From Tubiluchus corallicola (lineage: Eukaryota > Animalia > Priapulida): DNA of 64,000 nt. Positions 13,101-26,200 of this stretch are shown piece after piece. Numbering within the stretch: the stretch's first letter is position 1; every line of letters starts with the position of its first letter. The notes under the pieces were generated by a model. The model was not told the origin of the DNA and ran no database searches. It was given only the letters and a program-made list of their open reading frames with translations. The position numbers were made by a program, and so were the translations under genes. The stretch lies in the NCBI GenBank assembly GCA_030141605.1, contig JAQGDQ010000179.1:186001-250000 (forward strand), read 5' to 3'.

Positions 13101-16100
13101 CAAGAATGAGACCCAAGTAGGCAATCCTGTCAGGTGACGCAAAAATTACCGCATATCTTGTTGAATGTTCTGCAGGAATAATTTATAATATCACTGAAAA
13201 TATCATTCAGCCATGAAGTTGTTGCATTTTGGCTGTTGCATAATGAATCTCTGTAAATAATGCAATGTATCTAAGTAGATAATTGTGCTTAATTAAGATA
13301 AATGGATTTGTCTTAAGCATTAAAAAAGGAAAAAGCCCAGAAAATTCTGTAAACATTTTAAGTATTTATAAATTAATGCTAATCTTTATAAGTAATTAAT
13401 ATTGAAACTAAAGCAAACACAATAAAACGAGGTAAAGGACAAATTTGAAAAGAAATACTTTGGAAAGGTGAGTTAAATCATTTCTGATGGGAAAGCTGCC
13501 ATTGCAAAGTGAATTATGAGGTTACTCGGAAGAAGTCGGTTCAGTACCACCTGACCTCACAGCACGAATTTATGGTATCAGAATACTGTGATTTTGCACA
13601 ATATTTTTGTAATACATGCAATGCTTTTCATTGGGAGAAGCATCAAACTCATCTACCACTGTAGATGACTATGCCACTGCAGGAGGAAATGAACAGTGCA
13701 GGAAATAACTTTTATAAGATATCATAATTATCATGATATCATAATTATCATCATAATAAATATTAAAATCGTTAATATTACAATTAATATCCTCCTAAAA
13801 GGCTCTCACTTTGGCCTTAGACAAAAAATTTGCCAGTTAATAAAATAAAGAAAAATTTACTCTTAGATTTTGCATTTAAATTAGAAAAAACTAATCAGTA
13901 GTCAATGATTCTTCACAATGCATTAAAATTACACACACATCACTATGATAGTAGAAAAATCTAACCTGTTTTTCCTCAAGAAGACGCATCTGTTTATTCA
14001 AATCCCTTCTTCGCGCAACTACAGCTTTTCTCAAGCCTTCATATTCAGTTTCTAGCTGAGTCACCATACCCTGCAGTTGTTCTTTCTGCTTTTGTTTTGC
14101 CACCATGAGATGTGACCTGGTATTCTCTAAAGGCTCTCTACTAGGCCGCCTGTTGGTGAATGAAAAAGCTTTATTAGTTATTAGTATCTCATCTAACAAT
14201 TGCTGTAATGTTGTGAACAGAATGACTTGCTGCACTACAAAGTGAGAACTTTCACATTGTCTAACAACACGTTTAATGCTAATGTTGCAATTACCTAATA
14301 CTGAAAGCGCTGTTTTAAGTTTTGCACTTAATCTACAGTTGATAAACAGTGTAATTTATGAACACTAATCTGAAACAGCCACTAAATACAAAAATAAATT
14401 AATGCAGACATTGTTTTTCTCAAGCCAAAACATACAAGAGAGCTGTGAAGTGGCAATTCTTTTTCCTACTGCTAAGCTAATTCACATATAATAACACCAT
14501 ATCAATTGCCAAGGTCAAAACTCAAGGCCAGGTATAATGCAAGCTGCATTGATGAATACACAATGACCTAATATAAAACCTTGTTTTGTTATAAATGTTG
14601 TGTAGTTGTGGAGGGATTGAGTCATATTATCCACGGTAATTCTCTAAGAAGAGATAATGAACTAACAGAGAATAGTTCTAAACGTATTGGACTACACAGC
14701 ATTCGTCAACAAGCGAAAAGCAGGAGACAGCATGGCAAGGGAAACTGCCGCAGTCACTCATCCATTTGTTAACTAAGTTTGAAAGCTACTTAATGTTAAC
14801 AGCCTAGAACATACCCTGATAACCTAACGACTAGTGCTGCTCTAATTAATCGATTTTACCAAAAGTCAGTCGTCCATGATGTTCAACTACTTGATCAAAA
14901 AATTAATATGATCGACAATGTTTAACCCTTTCACTACATAACTGCTTTTTAACAGGGCCGATTTGGTTTTTGCATGTTTGATAATAACTTCTTGTGGTGT
15001 GTTGCTATAACAGAATCTTGTAAATAAACAAAGAGTCATCTGTTAATAAACACTATTATTGAATATTAGTTTTAATTGTACACATGCACACACATACATG
15101 CAAGTGCACACCCACACAAATAAGCGCATACATATATTTAGAAGTCAATTTTCACAAAAGTCATATTACATATTAGTGATCCATAATATGTGATCATTTT
15201 ATAAGAATGTAGAATAATCAACCAAACATACATTTCACCAATATCAACAAGCAATTTTGCATGAGAACATACAGTATAGTATTATGGAATGCACTTCAGA
15301 CACAGATTGGCTGGTTAGCCTTACTCGTTGTGAAGCAACCCCAATCCCACGACTGTTAAACTTTTCTATGGTGTTTTTGCATGGCCGTAGCAGTGAAATA
15401 AACAGGCCTGGGTAAGCGCTTAGTGCTGAGCTTGGGCGGCAGTGTACCACCTTCCCTAGTGAAAGGGTTAATATGTACAATCAGTATAAGATCTTTCACA
15501 CTTCACCACCTTTCTGCCATTTATTTGCAGCACCACAAACAGAAAAAGAGAAGCATCCGCAATTTTTGTTTAGTGTTCATACTAAATGCAAAATTGTAGT
15601 TTATTAAGTCTCGAAAAGCAATTATGTACAAAGCAATAATGAAAACAATCTGGAAATTAAATATAAAAGGTAAGCAACAGCAAAACCCTTAACGTTCTAA
15701 TTATATATTAATGTAACACTATAATATATTACAATCAATCGTTAGTCAATCATCTACTGTTTTTTTGAAGGTTGGTGAGTGATCATAAAAATGAGAGCGA
15801 TTCCCAACACTACTGACCACTCACCTGTCCACTATCTAAGTACCTTACCAGGCAATAGAATTTTCACCCGTCATCTTGTCAAGTTCATTTAGCTGTGCAA
15901 TAACATTTTCTTCGTCAAAAATTTGCTGAATTTCTTTCTGAAAAACACACCAGATGGCAGAAGTTAAAGATCTTTTTTCAAGCTAACAAGAGCTCTCTTA
16001 GAAGAACTAAACTGGGAGTTTGCAATGCATAAGGTAAACATTACAAGGTGTGAAACACATTTATAAAAACTACATAAATACTTTGTTAGTGCTTTAGAAT

Positions 16101-18159
16101 CAACAGGTAAAAAAGTAAAACTACACTGATGACAAAAACATCTACAGTAACAAGATTACAAACTTTTCTTAAATTAAAGAACATCAGAGTTAGAAAATTT
16201 TTACTTGACACTTTTCCAAACTTGCATTACAAGAATACTCTAGGCAGGCAGCTTTATTCACTAAAAACTAAATTGCAAGTGGTTTGCGCTGAGTTGTAAT
16301 ACCTCTAGATGGTCTATGGCATCCATCTTGGGAATATAAAAAAATTATCAATTTATCCAAGACGAGTTATTTCAAGATGAATATATTCAAGACACATATT
16401 TTATATCAGTAATAGGGTATGAGAGGAGGGATGGTACCTCACAGTGAAAGGCAGTCACTCCCTATTGGGATGGCCTGGATCCTACTTGGTTCCCACTCCT
16501 GTATCTAGCTCACGTATGGCTCCACGGATACTGCTTGTGTATGGCAGTGGCCACACCCCGGGCAACGGTTTTGACTGACCGGCCAAACTACGTGAGTGAA
16601 CCCAAGGGCTCTGCCTGAGGGTGGGATATGCCTATCCCAAATACACGAAGACTGAGGCTGGCGGAAAGTGCGGAAGAAACCTGTCTGGTTCAACGGGCAA
16701 GAAGGCAGTCGCAGCGAAGTGTTGTGGAGCGCAAACAGGGCACAACAAGACACCGGAGACGCTGATGGCCATCCACTGCATCCGGACCCATCTCCAGTCG
16801 TCTCGACTATGTCATGCCACTGGGTAAAGAAGGGCGAGGACGAGAGAGTGAGGCTGACGACATTGCACAACTCTCCCTCACTTTAATCAATTTAATGCGC
16901 AAGTCATGACTTCAAAAACAACAACAACAACAACAACATATCAGTAATAATGAATAATGTGCAACAACCTGAGCACTTTGTTTGACTAACTTATATTTAA
17001 TAAAACTACTTTTAATTACACAATTACATTACCTTGATATTGTCCTCCAGTTGAGTTTTAAGCTGTTCACATGCACTCCTTACAATTTTTTCGTTGTTAA
17101 GATGGTGAAATTCCTTTACAAATTTGGATGGCCTAGCAAAATAAGAACTGATGCGATTAGTGTCATTATTAGCTAAAATTTTAAGTAAATGCAAGGTAGC
17201 GATATAGCTGCATAAAATAAATTGAATGCACTTGTCAAATCAAAAACTGCTTAATATCACTTTCATTCAGTTTTGATAATACATACTTATATTAAAAAGT
17301 TGCACACCACAACCTCTTAACAAAATTAATTTGTCATCCAAAGCTGATTTTTTTTAGATGCAAACTGTGCAAACTGCCAACACACTGATGAATAAGAATG
17401 CAAAAACTGCAAACACTTAAGCTAAATGTGACTTTCCACAGGAAACTTTTTTCTAGTTTGCGAACAGAACTATGTTTGTTACAAAGTGCCATACTTGCAC
17501 ATTGCGCTACACAAAACTTGTGCAATTGTAATTAAAATAATCCTCATATGCTAAGTACTTACGCACATTTACTCTTCAGAACATTTAATATTTGATGGCT
17601 AAACATTGCTGAAATAATTGCAAATCGAATAAATGCAGTAGCTTGTAATGACAGTTGGCAAAAATAAAACTGATTCTTAAAGAAGACTGATACTTCAAGC
17701 CATCACACTTTTACTCTCAAGACTATAATTTTGTTGTGAAAATTTGAAGCACAAAAGGAAAATTGTTCAAGGGAGTAAAAAGCACATTAATCTTAACACA
17801 TATCTGAACTATAAGCCGTATTTTGAAACAAATAAATCTTATATAAATAATATGATTCTTGTCAGTTTAACATCTTTTGATTACTGTCATAATTATGCAA
17901 TAAAATGTCAATAACATGACAATAACTGCTAGGACTTACTTAATTAAAATAACAAAGAATAAAATCAATAGGCCTAAATTGTGACTTCGAATACTGACCA
18001 ATAACTAGCTCACCTAATTGATGAAAAACACTTTTTAACTGTCGCATCTATAGCATTTCGGAGATGACATGCACGTCTCCCACTAGCATCATCAAACGAA
18101 TCAGTAACTCTGCTTTGTTCTCCCAATTCACTGCTGCTCTTCTCCATCTGTTCAGCCAT
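10132..18159 (-). CDS. PMF1: Polyamine-modulated factor 1 / Nnf1 (MIS12 kinetochore complex subunit)
   Basis: Exons are 18159-18014 (MAEQMEKSS...LRNAIDATVKKCFSSI), 17132-17033 (PSKFVKEF...EQLKTQLEDNIK), 15937-15849 (KEIQQIFDEENVIAQLNELDK...SIAW), 14149-13966 (RPSREPLENTRSHL...coiled coil), 12839-12740, and a probable last exon 10301-10132. Phases are all compatible. 'EIxxIxxExN..L..LD...AWRPS' matches PMF1/Nnf1. A 5'UTR exon donor lies near 19027. The 3'-most exon is uncertain, since read-through of exon 5 also gives a stop. Confidence 0.85.
11680..11768 (-). other. Duplicated copy of PMF1 coding exon 3 with intact splice sites
   Basis: 89 nt encoding KEIQQIFDEENVIAKLNELDKKTIENSIDW, versus the original at 15849-15937. 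It shares the upstream intron flank (11771-11799 = 15940-15968) and retains AG and GTAAG. Confidence 0.9.
12567..12703. repeat. Long inverted repeat / hairpin (MITE-like)
   Basis: Outer arms ACATAGAAGTATGTAAAATGCATAA / TTATGCATTTTACATACTTCTATGT; inner arms TTCTACAGTAAACATCA / TGATGTTTACTGTAGAA. Confidence 0.85.
14926..15467. mobile_element. piggyBac-like MITE
   Basis: TTAA|CCCTTTCACTA ... TAGTGAAAGGG|TTAA: perfect 11-bp TIRs starting CCC with a TTAA target duplication; non-coding interior. Confidence 0.8.
16414..16596 (+). ncRNA. Candidate HDV-like self-cleaving ribozyme at the 5' end of the retroposon
   Basis: P1 16414-16420/16553-16559 (two mismatches); P2 CUCACGUA/UACGUGAG; P3 GGC/GCC; L3 starts UCCACG; then GGGCAAC-P4(CGGUU/GACCG)-G-C(16583)-CAA, the same order and junction sequences as the HDV genomic ribozyme. 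Confidence 0.65.
16415..16937 (+). mobile_element. Non-autonomous non-LTR retroposon (RTE 5'-region-like) with (CAA)n tail and 12-bp TSD
   Basis: GC-rich insert flanked by ATATCAGTAATA at 16403-16414 and 16938-16949, ending in (CAA)n, with no credible ORF. The RTE affinity is recognised from memory. Confidence 0.85.
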
Positions 18160-18369
18160 TGTGAAAGCTGCTAAAAAATTGCACAACATAGGCCTAGTTA
18201 CTGGCCACAGCTCAACAGCACTATAGGTTCAGTTTTGCTTTTTGTTATCTAATCAAACTAATCGAATAATAAATAAGAAAAAATAAAATAGTGCAATTTA
18301 ACTAAAGGAGATTTTAATAACAATATGAAGTAGGTATATTGGCATGATTGGTATTTTGTCATTTCAAGA

Positions 18370-18760
18370 ACTGTTAATGTTATAGGCCCTCTATACAAAG
18401 CGGTTGTTCGTCCTATTTTGGAATTTGCATCAGTGGGGTGGTCGCTGCGGTATGTAACTCTGAAAGATGCAGTGGAGAAAACTCAAGACAGATGTATGAG
18501 GTTAGTCCGTGATGCAGATCGTGAGTGATGCCTAATTGTTATAAAATTGTGAAAGGACACTCAGTTTTACAAGAACAAGATTTCTTCTCACGACCACACA
18601 CAGAAATACGAGGCCATGATTCCAAACTCTTCAGCAAATATAGCTGAACCAACATCCGTTCTCATTTTTTGCTTCTCATGTGACCCATCCATGGAACTCA
18701 CTCTCAGTTGGTACTGTTAATACACCATCTATCGAAAAATTGAAAATGAATATAAAAAGA
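18370..18760 (+). mobile_element. Decayed CR1/L2-type LINE 3' fragment
   Basis: Interrupted frames give LYKAVVRPILEFASVGWS...KDAVEKTQDRCMRLV, NTRGHDSKL and PWNSL, typical post-RT motifs of CR1-group LINEs. Confidence 0.75.
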
Positions 18761-19289
18761 GACCATACACGAGTTGAACTCTAGGTCCTGATGTCCATGT
18801 AAAGTACTAAAGCAAAGATTCTAAAGAAGATTGAATAGATGACAGGCATAACTACTTAGCAGAAAATTATGTAGAATACGGCTTGAACCTAAGCGTGCTT
18901 ACATAGGGTCACGTCATCAAATTTCGTTTGTTGTCTGAGAGGAAAAAACTTGTTTTACTTCTTACCAAAATACAAGTTTACTCACAAATTTAACTATAAC
19001 AGAACAAAACACACCAAACAACTTACTTTTGCAATTTGCCGCCACTGTGTTATTTTAGTAGACAGGCGCATAAGGTCGATATTCGACGAGCAAACACACT
19101 AAAGACGTCACTAGACGCAGCCCACAGATCCAGGAGTAGTGAGTACTGTGACGGTCCGTTAATAATATGAAGGTACTACTCAGTGTAGTACTCTAATCAA
19201 AGTAATCACAGTAACGATACAGTAGTATTAATTTGTTTGAACTGAATTGAATATGTGGGTAACACGGTAAATAGAATTTGAGTGAAAAA

Positions 19290-19397
<108 letters not shown>

Positions 19398-19872
19398 TAA
19401 TTAATTAAATTTTAGTGGTGAGGGCTGATTAATAAGGAGTTTTTCTACCATATCCAGACCGAGATCAGACTGTGATGAATTATTTCTATCCATAGTTATA
19501 CAATTAGCAAATACAATTATACAAATGAAACATCGAGCTCTTTGAAGTTAGTGAAGCAGAGTAACCAGGTTAAAATTTTGCGTACAATTTTCAATTGCGT
19601 CTGCTAAACAAGCAGTGGAAATTCTGGGCTCTTGTGAGGCCAGTGAGATTGAAGTGTTGCGTATTCTAATTAAAGGAAAGGAAAAGTCCCTTAATTAGCA
19701 TGTGGGGTTTATTTTACTGCTGCTACTTAAACTTAAAAAAATGTTACAAAAAAATTTGTGAAAAAGTTGGATTGAAAATTGCGAATAACTGGAGTATTTC
19801 ATGGCTTTTCGTGAAAGCATCGTGGCTTTCCGTAAGCGCGTGCTGCTAAAACTAATTCAAACTTCTGCAACT

Positions 19873-19873
19873 T

Positions 19874-19930
<57 letters not shown>

Positions 19931-19946
19931 ATAATAATACTACTAC

Positions 19947-19987
<41 letters not shown>
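19873..19987. repeat. Compound (ACT)n/(AAT)n microsatellite
   Basis: Direct reading. Confidence 0.95.
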
Positions 19988-20566
19988 TTCAGTGATAATG
20001 ATTATAATCATCAACGAGCTTATTATTCAACCTGGACAGGAATGCGGATTTGTTAACTTATATCACTGTATTAGTCCTTGTGCGCGTTTCTTGTTGAAAA
20101 TTAGTGAGAAATCATTACTTACTGTAAAGCTGATGCAACTTTCAAATTGCGTTTCAAAACACGTACGTCACAGAGACGCATAATATTATTTTAGATAACT
20201 GAGCAATGTATCATGAATTGATAATGCAGAGGTAGGATTACGCGAGAAGCTCACTAGTCAATTCAAGACATTGTTAAGGCAACAATGGAAGTATGAATCC
20301 TTCTTTTTTCACTAATCCATTTTTCGTTTTTCTTTTATTTTTGTGGTTTAAATTGCCTTTGCCGATCACTCTTTATGAACGAATGCAACTGGAAGGGAAA
20401 ACCTCTGAACCTCTGCTATCAATGATGTTTGACATTGAAAGAATTATTTAAAATTTATGTCTATAGAGTGCGCGTATCTACTCAGGACAATCATCAGAAT
20501 GCCGCTTGCTTTATTATTCATTTTACAAATACAGAATTCATTAAATCTTGATACGAAACATGAACT

Positions 20567-20724
20567 ATAGGAAATGTGAAAAACTTGTAATGCAGCCAAT
20601 GTTTAAACCAAGGACCTTCTGTGCACATTGCTAGGGTCATAGTAACCCGAAGACCTGCCGTAAATGTACGCAGAAGGCACCTCCTTCAAATCCAGGCTGC
20701 ATAAAAACTTTTCTCATTTCCTAT
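20567..20724. mobile_element. Palindromic element made of two head-to-head decayed tRNA-SINE-like halves
   Basis: Arms ATAGGAAATGTGAAAAA...ATGCAGCC / GGCTGCAT...TTTTCTCATTTCCTAT and CCTTCTGTGCACATT / AATGTACGCAGAAGG. Each arm has a B-box-like motif (TTCAAATCC on +, GGTTTAAAC on -). Confidence 0.5.
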
Positions 20725-21313
20725 CTTTCAAACTAGTATCTAAAAATAATTAATTGTAGATTTGTAACCTCATTTATAAATCTTGACACTAAGATTGTAA
20801 TAATTAATCTGTTTTATCTATGTTTCAGATTGCTGGTTTTGCAGGCAGTCACTGCACGGCCAGCCGGGTTCAATTTTGGGTCTTCCATTTTTCTCTTATT
20901 TCATTCTTACGTGTCTAGCATAGTTGCCCAAAATTATGCAATTACGTCGGTCAAGTTTCAGTTTCTATTCAAACACAGGATTAATATCCTCGATGCAACA
21001 TCACACTGTTACAACGATTACACATTATTAAATGACAATAGAGCTTATTAACCTTCTCCACAAAACAGCTATATATATAATACATACGTTATTGTAAAAT
21101 GTAGTACTGTACTTGCTTTCATAAGTTATACATATAATACATATACTAACAGTAAGCAATAAAAATTAGTAAATTGACAGCAAAAAAGAGCAATGTACAG
21201 CAAATAACTTTTCAGAATTTATTCGTTTCTATGGATGTCGGGTGAGCCGTGACATTTTTAAAGATGTCGGACAGTAGTAAGTGCTTTGCCAACAAGAGAG
21301 AGAGACACAAGCT

Positions 21314-23227
21314 TTAGCCTACGACAGGTGGATTTTGCTCCTCACCTGAAAAATCTCTTGGAGGTAGCTGACTATCATCTCTGTCACTGGTGTTTATAAT
21401 AAAACCTGGTGCTTGATCTCTAAGAAATGGCGGTACTTGGTTTACACCACTTGTACTACTGGGATCATTACTGGGACCACTGATTGGTCTTCTGTCAGCC
21501 TGATCTTGTCTCCTATCATTGATTTCTCGTTCGTTTGGGCCACGTGATCGAATTACTTCATCACCACTGACCTGAGCTCGTCTATCTACTTGGGGTGGAA
21601 AATCAAAAGGAATATCAGAAGGGCCATTAATGGGAATTCCATCAGCAAACGCTATGACCGTTCTATCATTTCGCTGTCTATTGTTAATCGGCCTTTGATT
21701 ATTTGGTGCTAATGGGCTTTGCCTACCATCAACAAAAGGAATTCTGTCATCAAATGGAACTTGCCTTTGGTCATCTTGCTGTCCCGCTCTACCATTGTTA
21801 AACTGGTCATCCCGCCTATCACCGAGAATTGGAATTTTGCCAATAAATAATTCTTGACCCTGTGGTTGAGTTCTGGTATCTGTTGGAGGTAAATTAAAAA
21901 TTGGCGGACCTGATATCCCATCGTTAAATGAATTCCTGTCATCAAAAGGAAATTGATTTGTACCACGCGGGTCTAGTGGCCTTTGTCTGCTGTTATCAAA
22001 AGGAACGCTATCTCCATTCCGGATTCGTCTGGCAATATCTTCTTGTTGTTGGGTTCTGATATCAAGGACTGGCACTCTTTGATCTTCACGCAACCCTTGC
22101 AGTAAACCTTCAAAAAATGGAACTCTGTCCAACCGATCATCATTAGTAGGTACAGGCTGACCTCTTCCTGGTCTGCCCTGTAAATCTGGTTGCCTTTCTC
22201 GTCTACGGCTCGTGCTGGCAATCGAGAATTGATCAGTTGGTAGATTTCCATTCCTATCATCAAAATTATCTTGATTTAAGTTTCTGTCAAAAAGAGGTAT
22301 GCCCTGATCATCAACAGGAATGTCTCTCCCGTCATCAAAGGAAATTTGATCACGAGAATCGAATGGAAAAGGTCGTCCACCATCAACTGGCGGTCTATCA
22401 ATGCCAGTATTATCCTGTCTTCTATCATTACGTTGAAATTGTCTTCTATCAATTGGTGTGTCTGATATTCTGTTAAAGCCTCCTTGTTCTGCAGAAACAA
22501 ATCCATTGAACGAAATATCTGGATTGCTTAACAGATCTATATTTCCGTCATCAAAGTTACCTTGGTTTAAGTTTCTGTCAAATCCTTGCCCATTTCTGCG
22601 AAATGGAGGTGCTCTTTCGTTATCGATCAAGATGCCTCTTCCGTTATCTGAAGGAATTTGTTCTTGTGTGTCAAACGGAAGTGGTCTCCCATCATCAAGT
22701 GGTGGTCGACCAAAATTATTAGTATCCAGCCGTCTGTCATCTTGTGGAAATTGTCTTTCATCAATTGGTATGCCAGACCTTCTCTCAAATCTCTCTCTCT
22801 CCACATCGATAAATCTGTTATTTGCTTCTGGAGGTATCCTGCCAGGAACTCGTCTACCATAAGACCTTGAAGAACTACGTCTTGGAGAATTTCCATATAT
22901 AAGTCCGTATACTTTGTATACTCCTAAGGGTCTACGCTGCCGACATGAGTAACTGCTACACCGAGAACCTAATAAAATAGCGAAAACAACAAACTGTTAC
23001 AACGTGAGTATAAATGAATTAAGTGACTCGGTCTAAATTGTTCCAGAACTTAATTTTGTGAATTACTTTGGCCAAAAAGACTTTTGTTTCCAAATTAGAA
23101 CATTTAGATGAAATAATAATTACTAAAGTAAATAAGTATAAAATACATGGACAGAAAAATACGCCTTTGGAACTTGGTTCGGTGGTTATGAAAATGAAAG
23201 AAAAATGGTTTCATGGGAAGGAGTTTC

Positions 23228-23297
<70 letters not shown>

Positions 23298-26200
23298 CAT
23301 GATGATGATGATGATGATCAACGAATAAATTGGATTTTATTTCAGAATATTGATATGGGTAAAAATTACTTAGTGATAATGGAAAAACACCACAAAGTTT
23401 TTGTACGTTAAGAATGTCTTTTCAGTCCAGTCGCGGTTTTCTTTTACTAACTTCTCACCTTGATACGGGAATGTTCGAGGCCCGGAAGTGAACTGAACTG
23501 ACTAAGTGGGCTAAACTGCAAACCACAATGCTTAATCGCGCCAAGTGATTGCAGTCACATGTTTGAATCCCACATGGGTTATTTTTTATTTACCTGTTTC
23601 GCCCTTATCTACATGCAACTACTTCTGTACAAAGAAGGATTTGCAAAAAAATGAACATTTACTGAGCGTTATTCTAGAAGCTACCTAAGTGGTAGTGTGA
23701 AACAGCAATAACAGATTCAAACATTCCGAGGAAAAGGGGAAAGCAATGTAAGTGGCATGATGAAACGATACTTAAGAAACAATTCCCACTGAGAAATCAA
23801 AATGAATCGTAGTCCTCAGAACTGCGACAAACGACTGTACTAGATATTAAAGCAACTTAAGCAAGTGCTCAAACTTACCCTGAATTACTGAAATTTAAAA
23901 TTAATGCTCTTTTTCCTAGTTTCATCGGTTTTAGTCTCTTCCTTTCAAGAGCATATATCACTGAGATCATAAGATACGAACCGGGGCAGGATTAAAACCT
24001 CAAGAGGCCCTAAGTACTGAAAAGATTATGGTGCCCCATATATGTGTAATTCAGAATAAAAACAAACAATACTAAACCGTAAAATGAAATTTTACAATTT
24101 CGAAGTGAAAAAAATTTGCAGTAAGATTTATTTACAGTAAATGGTAGGAAATCAGCTTTACATTGGGTAAAAAACAATATTAGATTAAAAATACAGAGAT
24201 GACATCATTTTCATAATCAGGCAATTTCATAACATGAACAATAGCAGTTCAAGCTGCTCAGTAACCAGAATCTCGATGCTCTTCCGGTATCGACACAATA
24301 TATTGTACACAAACACAAAATCCGCCATACACATTCCGGTATATTATACTTTTTGGTAATTACTTGATTTGAGAAAGCTGTGTTGGGTCCCTCTTCCTTG
24401 AGGCCGTAAGCACTTGCTTACTTCACTTAATGGTTAATCCAGGAGTGATGCGGACAGAAAATTCAAAGCGCTGTACAGCAAAATAAAGAACTTTTATCTT
24501 AATATCAATAGTTCGCCGTTGTGAGGATAATAAATGAACGCGTGTACGATTCACAATGGTTTTTCCGTTGTCGTAAACTCGTTCTTCAAGAATTTCGCTT
24601 ATTTTTTATTTCTGACCTTCAGAAGTCGAAAGAGTTTTAAAAACAGATTAAATAAATAAGAAATATTACAATGATTGAAATATTAAAAAATATATTTAGG
24701 AATACATCTGCTTGTGATATCTGCTAAGTATATATAGGATCTGTCATTTCGTGACACTTTATAATATTTATATAAAACAACGCAATACTAACCGTAACTT
24801 CGAGATCTAGGTGACCTCCTATAAAGTTTTCGTCTTCCTATTAAGATCAATGGATAGCTGCCATAGTTTCGCCCATATCTGTAATCATAAGGATTTCTAT
24901 CGTCTCTTCGACCCCTCGACGAAGGGTAGTAATTGCCCCCAGAAGCCTCGTAACGAGACGGCCCTGAGGAATCGCGAGGAGGTAACTTTGACGACCTATA
25001 GCGAGGTTGCGCATAACGAGTTGGCCTGTATTGAGATCTATAATCATCAGTCGCTGATGTAATAACCACGAACGCACACTGAAAGTGAAATTTTGATAAA
25101 TTATCTCACAGTATAATTGTATTACTACAATATGCGCGTTCAGAATTTTTTACTTTTAATTTAACAGTCGATAGTAAACACTCGTTTCTGAAGAAATAAA
25201 ACATTTATTGTTGAAGAGCATCCGTCAAATCAAGGACAGAATGAAATTTCATCAGAAAGGTTACAAGACAAGGTTAGAAGGCAATTGAGAAACTGCTTTT
25301 TTTTTAACTGAAGCTTTGTATTTTTAAATTCGCTCTATATTTTCCCCCTATTATATTTTTGTAAATTTTCACAACTCTTTTAATAGTGCATTTCTGTATT
25401 TCTGTACATGTAGTATTTCTGAGTTTTTAGTGTAAATTTTAACTTTATAAAGCATTTTTATGTGCTGAAATAAGCTTTAAATAAATACTATAATATTATT
25501 TTAGCTTTATTATAACTCTTAAAGTATGGAAATCATTGCCGTAAAACAATAACTTTCTCAACTTCTGGAAATAGTAGATAATGTAACAAAACAGCCACTG
25601 AGACAGTCACAGCTTTATTGAAGGCTAGCATAGCAGCAACTATTTCTTTATAACTACTAAATCCATTATTTGCCTTTAAAACCCATATTTATTCTACTGA
25701 CATAAGAATAATGCTGAAATTTTCGAACTATATTATTGCTAGTCTTCAATGAAACTGTGACACCTCATGATGGTCGCTGTGACTATTTTATTTCTGTTGA
25801 AAAAAGACCTGCAAAATGATATACGTGACGATGCGAGTTACGTGATAAACTGAATGACTGAATGAATGGACTACATATATTAACATACATGTTAAACGCT
25901 GGTCTGTCAAAATGAAACGCAAACTTTCAAGAGAAAAATGTATGTGTTATAAGAAAACTTAAAGATAGCAAAGAAGCTCTCTTGTTTGCTTTATTATTAC
26001 TCATAGTACAGCACTGCATTGTCAATTTATGTATTTTGTAACGTTGTGCTAAATGAATGAATAAATAAATTTAAATTTAAATCTAAATCTATATATTTTC
26101 CAACACTTTCATTGAAGGGAATGTGGAAAGTTTGTAAGGAAGTAGTGAAAAATCTTGAAATTTCTATACTTACTAATCTCTGACAGACATAGAATTTGCA

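Noticed and set aside
16505-16886. Protein-coding ORFs in the GC-rich insert
   Set aside because: No recognisable motifs; explained by the non-coding retroposon's higher GC content.
21709-22896. Several overlapping short ORFs
   Set aside because: Shadow frames of the long gene A exon.
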